From contig CAXBMO010000003.1 in the NCBI GenBank assembly GCA_963977015.1, positions 160,001 to 224,000 on the forward strand: a stretch of 64,000 nucleotides of DNA, in the 5' to 3' direction. The notes under the pieces were generated by a model, which worked only from the letters and a program-made list of their open reading frames with translations, made no database searches and was not told the DNA's origin. This document shows positions 47,344 to 55,813 of this stretch, piece after piece (within the stretch, counting starts at the first letter, position 1; the number at the start of each line of letters is the position of its first letter). The DNA comes from an uncultured bacterium (GTDB taxonomy: Bacteria > Verrucomicrobiota > Verrucomicrobiia > Verrucomicrobiales > DEV007). Made by a program: the position numbers and the translations under genes.

Positions 47344-50300
47344 TTAACTATCCAAGTAACGAAAAAAGATGACGCGATATTTCATCACGGGATCGGCGGG
47401 GTTGTTGGCCTCGCGCAGGGTGGTCTTCTTGTAAGGAAGGGTCGCCAGCGCCTCCTCACCCTCCAGCGTAACGGCGGTCGGTCCATCGATCTCGGCAAAT
47501 TTCCCTTCATCGCCATCCAGCGCAGGCGTCAAGGTCGGAGCGGCTCCAGGCATGGCTCGACCCGAAATCCGTCCCTTAAGCCCCCCGACCGGATCGGCGG
47601 TCTTGTTCCAAATGGCAAAATTGTCGACCCCACCATTTCCGACGACTCCGTCATTTCCGGGCCAGACATAGCGCTCGACCACCGCATAAAACCTGCGCTC
47701 GCCCATCACCGAATCCCCCGTTTGGAACTGGTCATAGACAGGCGTCGAAAGGAGGTTTGTCAGGATGTGTCCGGGGGCTTTGTGGACGACTTGCGCAACG
47801 CCCCAAACCCCAAACGTGTTGGTTTTGGTGGTCAGGATGCCCGCCAGGTTACGGGTCAGCTTTTCGCGCTCCCACGCATTCTCTCCCTCGTCCCAAATTT
47901 TTGCCAACTCCCCCACATACTGAAAGACCTGTTCCTTGTCCTGATGGTCGAGAATCTCTTGGGCGATCTCTGCTTCCTCGCCTTCGTCAGCCATGAACCG
48001 AAATACCGCTTCCAGCGGCTTGGTTCGATCCGGAGCATCGAAGTAGCTGCTTTGCGGATAGACGCGGCAATTGAGATTCACCTTCCCGGCCGTTGAATTC
48101 ATGAAGCCGATGCTGCCCCATTCGTTGGGGAGATTGCGACCGTCCCACCACGATTGGCGCTCGCGACGGTAGTTGATTGCAAAGAGGTCCAGAAGCGCCC
48201 ATTCGGGAAAATCCCCATCCTCTTCCAACGAGAGCGTCTGCCAGGGGATGCCGGATTGGATTCCCGTGTGGATGAGCGAAAAATAACCAACAGAAGGCAG
48301 GCGGGAATGCTCCCAATCATGAACGAAAAGATTCCGCCCCCCGTCTGTATCCAATTCAGGATCGGAGGATGCAATGGACAAATTGAACCCGGAAACCTCC
48401 GTGTCTGAACCGCCCAATTGGAGATACCGCAACTTGCTCTCCTGATCCGCGTCAGGAGCATATTCAAAATTCGGCTCCCCAATCGAGTCGAGGCCATCAG
48501 CCACTTCTTTCCAGTCCTCCTTCCAGAAGGCGACGCGAGGATCTTCGACTTCCCAACTGACAACGTATTCCTCATCGAGGTTGTCGATCTCAAACTCCTT
48601 CTCCAGATAGTTCTCGCTCGGCTCCTCTTCACCGTCAGCCACAAATCTCGGCATCGGAACCAACTGCTTCACGCGTGGCCCGCGGATGGTTCGAAAGATC
48701 TGCCCCTCTTCTCCCTCCACTGCTCCCGTGATGCCCAACCCAAGGCGGACTTTCAAATGAAACTTGAGGCCATTCTGCGCCTCGTCCCGATCCACCACAA
48801 CCACCTCGCCTCCATACATTTCGTGGAGATCACTGGTGAGATAGTGCGAACGTGAAGCTGCGACTGCATAATCCAACTCCTGATCGTTGCCGTGTCCAAT
48901 CGGGCCCGGCATCGCACTCCACATGGAGAGGTTCCGGTCGTCCCAACTCGGCTGATCCAGGATCTTGTGCCGGTCCTCTTCCGGGTCCGCCAGGGAGCCG
49001 AGGCCGAAACTGAGAAAATCGACTTTAACAGGAAAGGCGTTCGGGCTCAGGCGCGGGCCAAACGGATGCATGAAAAGCTCGACTTCATATCGAATCCGGA
49101 ACATGAAACGCGTTGATTTGCCATTTTCCTCGGGAGGAATCTCGACGGGCTTGATGTAGAATTTGATCTCGTTGAGATGAGGCCCGGGCGTTTGGGGGAG
49201 CAATGGCAGATCGTCAGGACCCGGATTTTCAATCACCTCAAAATCATCGTCCAAATACCACAGATCCAATTCCGGGATCCTGGGCTGCGCTTCGGGTTCC
49301 AGATCCTTCGGTTTGAGTAAAAACTGTCGGCCTCCATCCTCGTAACGTTTCGTGCTGACTTCATAGGCGTCAGCGGCCTCATGAGTGTGCCGATTCATCG
49401 AGGTCACGTAATTGTGATAACTCCCGGTGAATCCGTTTCCACCAATCGGGCCGGTGCCAAGCCGTGACATCAGGGCCAGATTGAGCGCAATCTGCTTCGT
49501 CTCCAGCTTCACGAGGTCGTCATCGGTCAATCCGGGGCGCTCATTGCGTTTCGTCGCGGCGGCGATGTTTTTCGCGATTTCCTGCTCCGCAAAGCTCGCC
49601 CCTCCTTCGCTCTGCGAACCCTCCGCCATTTTCGGCCATGGCCGGTTCAGGTATTGGTAGATCATTTTGGCGCCGGCCAGTTTGGCCACGTTCGCGGCGT
49701 CCGCCTCCTTTTCAGTTCGGCGATATTCCCTTTCCATATCATTCCCCACCACGATGTAATTCCCTTCCTGCTCCTTGGTGTAGATCATTCCGCTCTCTCC
49801 GGTCAGAGTCTGAAGCCGGGGCTGATGATTGACGTAAAATGGAGTCTGATAGGACGGCCCTGTTTCCAACGAGTCGAAGAGGAAGACAGGGATGAGGCGC
49901 GGCTCGCCAAAAACATTGAATTCCGGTGACCGATTGTAGAACGTGAAGTTCCACTGCTGTTCGCGATACCACTCGATCGCCGCATCCTCCTCAAGTTTCA
50001 CATAGCGCAAAATGGAGTCCGGATAGCGATGGAATCCCCGGAATCGGGAGTGCCTCAAGAGCGCAGGTTTGTCCAGATGTTCAGGATCCTCGAAGAGCAC
50101 CTCCAGATTAACCGACGAGGGATGCCCCAAGGAATAGCCCATTCTCAATTCCTGACCTTCTTCTTCCATCGCGAAGCGCGGCGTCAGGACCCCGGAATTC
50201 ATCGCCTCCCGCCAGTTGATTTCGGATTCCTGTGGGTTCGGCTTTCCCAGTGCCGTGCTAACATTGATCTTGGTCGATTCGTCATCGATCCAGAACGCAT

Positions 50301-50820
50301 AACGCCCAATCATGCGATTCTTGGGGCCAGCCTTCTCTGAAGGATCCCGCAGGACTGAAATCCAGGAGACCCGCATCTCGGGGCGATCGCCACCGTCTGG
50401 ATCTGTCGCGATCGGGCCATGGGAGTGTCCTGGAATTGGACGATTCAAATCGGCTGAGGACTCGTCATCACCATTTTGAGCGGCTCCGCTATGCAACGGA
50501 ATGTGAGTCAATTTGCCGGTTTGCGAATCGATCAGCGTGAGACGGCCTGGGTTGGTGATCCAATCGGCCGGTGGATCCTCGCCCGCCGGAGTGTTGAGCG
50601 GCGCGGGATCCGGGATATTGGAGCGAAGCGTTTCGATCGCATGAGAGAGCGCTCCATCCGCGAGCAGTTGGGCGCGATAGGTTTTTTCGACCGCGTCGGA
50701 AACCCGCAATTCGGTCGACATATTCGAGGCAAACCCCAGGACGAGAATCGCGAGGAGCGCAATCGCCACGAGAACCATCAGAATGGCGATGCCACGTTGA
50801 TTCTGGAGTTGGAAAGTCAC
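47344..50820 (-). CDS. Verru_Chthon cassette protein A-like (large PilX/GspK-type)
   Basis: 'RG|IAILMVL' with no Glu at +5; 'GRYAFWIDDESTKINVSTA', 'STAGKVNLN', 'LTTKTNTF'. Confidence 0.82.
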   Translation of the reverse strand: MTFQLQNQRGIAILMVLVAIALLAILVLGFASNMSTELRVSDAVEKTYRAQLLADGALSHAIETLRSNIPDPAPLNTPAGEDPPADWITNPGRLTLIDSQTGKLTHIPLHSGAAQNGDDESSADLNRPIPGHSHGPIATDPDGGDRPEMRVSWISVLRDPSEKAGPKNRMIGRYAFWIDDESTKINVSTALGKPNPQESEINWREAMNSGVLTPRFAMEEEGQELRMGYSLGHPSSVNLEVLFEDPEHLDKPALLRHSRFRGFHRYPDSILRYVKLEEDAAIEWYREQQWNFTFYNRSPEFNVFGEPRLIPVFLFDSLETGPSYQTPFYVNHQPRLQTLTGESGMIYTKEQEGNYIVVGNDMEREYRRTEKEADAANVAKLAGAKMIYQYLNRPWPKMAEGSQSEGGASFAEQEIAKNIAAATKRNERPGLTDDDLVKLETKQIALNLALMSRLGTGPIGGNGFTGSYHNYVTSMNRHTHEAADAYEVSTKRYEDGGRQFLLKPKDLEPEAQPRIPELDLWYLDDDFEVIENPGPDDLPLLPQTPGPHLNEIKFYIKPVEIPPEENGKSTRFMFRIRYEVELFMHPFGPRLSPNAFPVKVDFLSFGLGSLADPEEDRHKILDQPSWDDRNLSMWSAMPGPIGHGNDQELDYAVAASRSHYLTSDLHEMYGGEVVVVDRDEAQNGLKFHLKVRLGLGITGAVEGEEGQIFRTIRGPRVKQLVPMPRFVADGEEEPSENYLEKEFEIDNLDEEYVVSWEVEDPRVAFWKEDWKEVADGLDSIGEPNFEYAPDADQESKLRYLQLGGSDTEVSGFNLSIASSDPELDTDGGRNLFVHDWEHSRLPSVGYFSLIHTGIQSGIPWQTLSLEEDGDFPEWALLDLFAINYRRERQSWWDGRNLPNEWGSIGFMNSTAGKVNLNCRVYPQSSYFDAPDRTKPLEAVFRFMADEGEEAEIAQEILDHQDKEQVFQYVGELAKIWDEGENAWEREKLTRNLAGILTTKTNTFGVWGVAQVVHKAPGHILTNLLSTPVYDQFQTGDSVMGERRFYAVVERYVWPGNDGVVGNGGVDNFAIWNKTADPVGGLKGRISGRAMPGAAPTLTPALDGDEGKFAEIDGPTAVTLEGEEALATLPYKKTTLREANNPADPVMKYRVIFFRYLDS

Positions 50821-50823
50821 GCG

Positions 50824-51867
50824 CTAGCTGCCGTTGGCCAGTTTGACCCGGGTGCTGAAAGTTCGAGAGGTGCGAATGCCCAATTCCTCCAGTTTTTCTT
50901 TCAGCAATTGAATCGAGGCTTCCACATCCAGCGTTCCCTGATCCTCGTTCAACAGCGTTTCCATCGTGGGAAGTGGGGTATCCGGAAAGCGATCCCTGGC
51001 TTGCTGAATGGCAATCGAATCCACCGTCAAAATCGTGATTTCAACGGCGCTGGGGAGCCTGTCCCCCTTGGTCATCGACTCCGTTTCCCGGTAATACAAA
51101 AAGGTCGGTTCGTCTTCCAGGCCCAACGGGGCACTGGTCGCCATTTGAAACATGGCCGCGGAATTGAAAGCCATCCCCATGGGGCCTCCGTCTCCCGCTT
51201 CGCAGCTGGGATGAACTTCCGACTCGGACACCCAGGGGATTTCGTTATCCATGCTGTCCAAACTCTGAAACCACAGCCCAAGCACGCCTTCCGCCACGGT
51301 TGAGACCACCGCCTCTTCGTTGTCGGGATCGGAATCATCAAAGGCAGGTTCCTCCAAATCACTCAGTAAACCTCCGCCTCCGGTTGCGCAGGTCGGTTCC
51401 TCGCTGGCGGATTCACTCGCGGCAACTTGTTGGGATGAAACGAAGGCCGAACCCGTGGGACTCGTAAAGAGGCGCTTCAGCCGGAAGAAGCTGCGGTCCT
51501 CGATGCGCTCCAGATAATAGCCGACTCGACGCAGCTGCCCGTCGCTCCCGAGAGGTGCCAACCAGAAGGCGGCCATTGAGCTCGACGGCACTTGTGGGAT
51601 CTCGGCATTGACGCTTCCACGCAAGGTTGCGCCATTCATGATCTGAAATTGTTGCCGCGGCCCAACAATGGGACTGGCCATTTCGCGCGCGATCAAGTCC
51701 AGCGACGTTCTTCCGGCCTGACTCGCTTCGACCATCTCCTCCCCTCTCACCCAATTGTTGCTGGCAGTTCCCAAAATCCCGCTCAACATAAGCGCCATTC
51801 CGCTGAGAATCGTGAGAGACACGATCACTTCGATCAGCGTGTATCCAAATTGAGGTGGTTTTTTCAA
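50824..51867 (-). CDS. Pilin-like protein (cassette C / GspJ-like)
   Basis: 'FG|YTLIEVIV', 'FWLAPLG', 'VGYYL', 'LPSAVEIT'. Confidence 0.8.
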   Translation of the reverse strand: MKKPPQFGYTLIEVIVSLTILSGMALMLSGILGTASNNWVRGEEMVEASQAGRTSLDLIAREMASPIVGPRQQFQIMNGATLRGSVNAEIPQVPSSSMAAFWLAPLGSDGQLRRVGYYLERIEDRSFFRLKRLFTSPTGSAFVSSQQVAASESASEEPTCATGGGGLLSDLEEPAFDDSDPDNEEAVVSTVAEGVLGLWFQSLDSMDNEIPWVSESEVHPSCEAGDGGPMGMAFNSAAMFQMATSAPLGLEDEPTFLYYRETESMTKGDRLPSAVEITILTVDSIAIQQARDRFPDTPLPTMETLLNEDQGTLDVEASIQLLKEKLEELGIRTSRTFSTRVKLANGS

Positions 51868-51882
51868 GGTGATTGTTTGGGG

Positions 51883-52443
51883 CTAAAACTCGATTACGGG
51901 TTCAAATTCCGGATCAACTTCACGCCAACTCATTCCCGTCAACGTGTTCACAAAATAGGTCATCGAATCGCGATTCTGGGTCTCTTCACTGACCTCTCCC
52001 TCTTCGTTCACCGGCCAACTCAATTCGATGATGGCAGCGAGGAGTCCCGAGGCGTGTTTATTGAGGGGAAGTGGGTGATCCCCGTGCCGATCAACCACCT
52101 GACTGGAATCCGGCCTCGCCAACCGAACGTCGACACGATAGACCTTTCGGCGTTCCTTCAGCTGGCGATCGGATTCCTGAGGGGGCGATTCGGGAATGAA
52201 TCGGCCCTCTTCGTCATAAAACAACGGAGACCGGCTGATCACTCCTTCCGTCATGGTCGAGCCCTCAATGCGATGATGCACATCGGCGATCAATCCTCCC
52301 AGAATCGTGCGTCGGGTTGAATCGCTGGCCGCTTTGACCCCCATCGCCATCACCCCTACAAACCCGAGGATCACGGTGGCAACCAAGGTGATTGCAACGG
52401 TAATCTCGATGAGCGAAAAGGCCGATTGGCGGTGATGCTTCAT
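51883..52443 (-). CDS. Pilin-like protein (cassette B / PilV-GspI-like)
   Basis: 'SA|FSLIEITV', 'FYDEEG', 'IELSWP'; ATGA overlap with the upstream gene. Confidence 0.8.
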   Translation of the reverse strand: MKHHRQSAFSLIEITVAITLVATVILGFVGVMAMGVKAASDSTRRTILGGLIADVHHRIEGSTMTEGVISRSPLFYDEEGRFIPESPPQESDRQLKERRKVYRVDVRLARPDSSQVVDRHGDHPLPLNKHASGLLAAIIELSWPVNEEGEVSEETQNRDSMTYFVNTLTGMSWREVDPEFEPVIEF

Positions 52444-53156
52444 GGCCGGTAGATTCGAACGTTGCCCGTGAGATTCGCGATATTGATCTGAGACCAGTTG
52501 GCGACGACGTCGCTGCCGGTTTCAACCTTCGGAGCGGTCCTCACCACATTCCCTGACGGCGCCAAATAACCTTCCACCACTACGACAATGCTTTGGTTGC
52601 TTTCACCCGAAGGGATTCGGGCACTTCCCGTCGGCAAAAATTCGATATGACGGTAGGGAACCTCTTTTCCCGCTTTCTCCACGGTTTTTGCCGTCCCTTC
52701 CGGTTTCAGCACATAGTCGCCGCGAATGGTGGTGCCGTCGTTCTGCGCATAGGACGAACTTCGCACGTAATCGGGAAATGAGGGTTCGAGGATCACGCCT
52801 TCCGGCAAATCCCGCCACCCGGTCAGTGGCTTGTAAATTGGACCGTCGGAGTCTTCGAGACTCCAGATGGAGAAGGACCGCAGTGCCTCACCGGAGTCCG
52901 CCACCGCGTCGCTTTCGTCCGTTACAAACCGAATCTGCGTGATTGTTTGATGTCGAACCGCCTCGGCTCGCGCCATAATCAGATAATTGGCGAGTTCCCG
53001 CGTTGCGGAATTGAGAGTCTGCGAGCCCAGGACCCGTTCTGTCACCGTTCCCAACGCAATCATCGCCAGCAGGATGACTCCCACCACCATGATGAGCTCC
53101 GGAAGGGAGTAGCCAGCTTCCCTTCTGGGGGGAATCCGAAAGTTTCTGTGACGCAT
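52440..53156 (-). CDS. Pilin-like protein (cassette D / GspH-FimT-like)
   Basis: 'AG|YSLPELIM', 'ARAEAV', 'IEFLPTG', 'LTGNVRIYRP'. Confidence 0.8.
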   Translation of the reverse strand: MRHRNFRIPPRREAGYSLPELIMVVGVILLAMIALGTVTERVLGSQTLNSATRELANYLIMARAEAVRHQTITQIRFVTDESDAVADSGEALRSFSIWSLEDSDGPIYKPLTGWRDLPEGVILEPSFPDYVRSSSYAQNDGTTIRGDYVLKPEGTAKTVEKAGKEVPYRHIEFLPTGSARIPSGESNQSIVVVVEGYLAPSGNVVRTAPKVETGSDVVANWSQINIANLTGNVRIYRP

Positions 53157-53215
53157 GGCAGGCCATCGTAACAGAATGGTAGTTACATGGTATTCAAAAA
53201 GAAGATTTTTTCGCC

Positions 53216-54010
53216 CTATTGAATCTTCAATGCCTGCTCTACCGGGCTGTCGTCATGAACCACAGCCTGAAGGCGTTTTGTGATCAATTCCGGGTTGGGG
53301 TGCTGCCACACGTTTCTACCCACAGCAATTCCCGATGCTCCGGCATCCATCGCATTCCTGACCATGCCCAAAAGAGCGGAATCATCTCCCATGGCAGCTC
53401 CGCCCAGAACAATCAGCGGCACAAAGCAGCCTTCCACGATTGCTCGAAATTCATCGACCGAAGCTCCCGTGGGGTACGCTGTTTTTACGACGGTTGCCCC
53501 AAGCTCCGCGGCCTGCCGAACCGCAAACCCCACTTTTGCAGCCGTGTATTCTTCAGGAAGTCCGAGACCAACGGGAAGCGTTTCGATGATGGTTGGCATA
53601 CCGGCGGGGAGACATTCTGCAATCGTCTCCGCGCATTCCCTGGCGATCTCCGTTTCGTGACTGTGTCCCGGATAGAGCATCTGCATCACGGCGTGGGCGC
53701 CAACTTCTTCCGCCTCCTCGATTCCATAGACCTTGAAGGCTCCTTCCACAGTGTCGGGCTTGTAGACGTCCGTTCGCAGGCAGAGTCCGGTTCCTTCCAG
53801 TTCCTGTTTATAACGGACCGCCGCTCCCAAATTCAACACGAACCCATCGACGTTCGGTTTGACCGATAAAATCAGTTCACCCATTTTCTCAAGACCCTGA
53901 ACCGGAATCGCCGTTCCATGATCCAGAGGGAGAATGACGGTCTTCCCGTCTGATTGAAATAGATTGGTCAACAGGTCCTTTTTCATAACTTCCGCTAACA
54001 TCACCACCAT
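53216..54010 (-). CDS. DhnA/LsrF-type class I aldolase
   Basis: 'ILPLDHG', Schiff-base Lys in 'ELGATVVKTAYP', 'LGG', 'GRNVWQ'. Confidence 0.88.
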   Translation of the reverse strand: MVVMLAEVMKKDLLTNLFQSDGKTVILPLDHGTAIPVQGLEKMGELILSVKPNVDGFVLNLGAAVRYKQELEGTGLCLRTDVYKPDTVEGAFKVYGIEEAEEVGAHAVMQMLYPGHSHETEIARECAETIAECLPAGMPTIIETLPVGLGLPEEYTAAKVGFAVRQAAELGATVVKTAYPTGASVDEFRAIVEGCFVPLIVLGGAAMGDDSALLGMVRNAMDAGASGIAVGRNVWQHPNPELITKRLQAVVHDDSPVEQALKIQ

Positions 54011-54028
54011 GGTGAGGCAAGGCCCAAC

Positions 54029-54760
54029 TTATTCACTCTCGAGGATCAAGCCCTCTTGGTAGAGATCCTTGTTGCTGGCTTGATATTCTGCCTTCAGTCG
54101 GACCTTGAAATCATAAAGGTCGACCAGCTTCCAGCCCGTAAACTGCCATTGCCCCACGTTTCCGTCGTGCTCAATCCCGACCAGCAGGTGGTGCGCGTCT
54201 TCCACAACTTTGCTGGTGGTGGTGCGGGGCGTGTAATAAAAGGTTCTGAGGGAACTGTTTACCGATCCACGATTTAGCAATTTGGGATCCAGATAGACCA
54301 CTCGCCCCGACGAAAGATGGACGATCCGGAGGTCGGGATATCCTGACGCCTGCGTCTTCCCTTCCCGCGTTTTGGGCGTTTCACAGGAAAAACCGGACAG
54401 TTCATCCAGACGCTTTTGAAGGGACGTTTCAAAATGCCGGCTGACCTCGTTGATGCGCGACTCTTTCCGGGCCGGGCTTGATGCCAAATTCAGTTCGCTG
54501 ATTGCTCCTCGAATCGCTGTGGTAATCGCTTCAAGAATCTCGCGATCCACCTCTTCATCCGGATCCACCTGGAGCACTTGTTTTCCGGTAACCGCCTCAA
54601 TCACTTCGCGAAAAGGAACATCGACACTGCTGGAATGCTCCAAGACCTTTTCGATCACACTCTCCAAATCACCGTTCCCCTGACCGAAACCAACAGCCAG
54701 CAGTCCGGCCCAAATCGACCAGGCTATCCACCAATGCCGAACTGACCGAACGTCACTCAT
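54029..54760 (-). CDS. PD-(D/E)XK nuclease-fold protein with N-terminal signal-like peptide
   Basis: 'RINEV...E', 'SGYPDL' and 'YLDPK' motifs; hydrophobic N-terminus 'WWIAWSIWAGLLAVGFG'. Confidence 0.6.
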   Translation of the reverse strand: MSDVRSVRHWWIAWSIWAGLLAVGFGQGNGDLESVIEKVLEHSSSVDVPFREVIEAVTGKQVLQVDPDEEVDREILEAITTAIRGAISELNLASSPARKESRINEVSRHFETSLQKRLDELSGFSCETPKTREGKTQASGYPDLRIVHLSSGRVVYLDPKLLNRGSVNSSLRTFYYTPRTTTSKVVEDAHHLLVGIEHDGNVGQWQFTGWKLVDLYDFKVRLKAEYQASNKDLYQEGLILESE

Positions 54761-54769
54761 GGTTACCGA

Positions 54770-55660
54770 TTAATGAGCGACCGGGTGCCATGCGGTCTTG
54801 AACTCCACCGTATCCAAAATCCGATAGGGATCTTCAGCCGCTCCTTTTGACCATTCTGACGAAGAAATCGGCCACGATACGGTCCTTTTGATATTCGTGG
54901 CTCGTCCTTCGGCGAGAATTTCCCGGATCCCGGCGTCCCCGGTTCCATCCACGATCGCATTTACATCCATGTGTTCCGCCAAAACGGGAGCCAACTCATT
55001 TCTGAGACCCGTCAACAAATTGACGACTCCACCGGGAAGGTCGCTCGTCGCCAAGACCTCTCCGAAGCTGATCGAACTGAGGGGATGTTTTTCGGAGCAC
55101 AAGGCGATGACGGTGTTTCCGGAAACGATGGCGGCTGAAACCATGGTCACCAATCCAAGCAATCCAGGTTCATCCGGACAGACCAAGCCCACGACACCAG
55201 TTGGCTCAATACTGGTGGTGTTCCAATGCGGCGACGAAGCGGGATTCACCGTGCCGAAAACGGCGCTGACCTTGTCGCTCCAACCGGCATAATAAACAAG
55301 CCGATCAACACAGTTGACGACCTCGCGAGCCGCCTGGTCGCGGGTTAGTCCCGCATTCCGCAGTTCTTCCCGGAAGGTTTCTTCCCGGCTTTCGAGCATT
55401 TCGGCAATCCGATACAGAATTTGGCCACGGAGATAGGCGGAGGCTCCCTGCCATCCGTCCTGCGCTTTCCGCGCAGCGCGCACGGCTTCCCGAAGGTCTT
55501 TTCGCGATGCTTGACAGTAATTGGCCACGTGAATTGGACTGGAGTTTCCGCTTTGCTTGGTGGCGACAAGGTAACGACCGCTTTCTGTTCGAGGGAATTT
55601 TCCGCCGATAAACAATTTGTAGGTCTTCAGCACCTTCAGGCGCCCCGATTCATTTGCCAT
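54770..55660 (-). CDS. Short ALDH-family protein (NAD-binding half, no catalytic domain)
   Basis: 'KTYKLFIGGKFPRTESGR', 'EPTGVVG', 'LPGGVVNLLTG'; about 296 aa with no catalytic Cys loop. Confidence 0.85.
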   Translation of the reverse strand: MANESGRLKVLKTYKLFIGGKFPRTESGRYLVATKQSGNSSPIHVANYCQASRKDLREAVRAARKAQDGWQGASAYLRGQILYRIAEMLESREETFREELRNAGLTRDQAAREVVNCVDRLVYYAGWSDKVSAVFGTVNPASSPHWNTTSIEPTGVVGLVCPDEPGLLGLVTMVSAAIVSGNTVIALCSEKHPLSSISFGEVLATSDLPGGVVNLLTGLRNELAPVLAEHMDVNAIVDGTGDAGIREILAEGRATNIKRTVSWPISSSEWSKGAAEDPYRILDTVEFKTAWHPVAH

Positions 55661-55813
55661 TTGCCCGAACACTAATGCAACTCCTCACGTCGTAAACCCC
55701 GAGTTTATGGCAGTATCGAATTCTAACTTTGACATGGCATTAGCTGCCGTAGTAAAGGGAGCTTTCCAGCGTTCCGCCAAAACCCATTAGCCTCAACCAA
55801 CGTCATTTTTCAG

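Noticed and set aside
46879-48096. 405-aa plus-strand ORF
   Set aside because: Antisense shadow of two well-supported minus-strand genes; no recognisable motifs.
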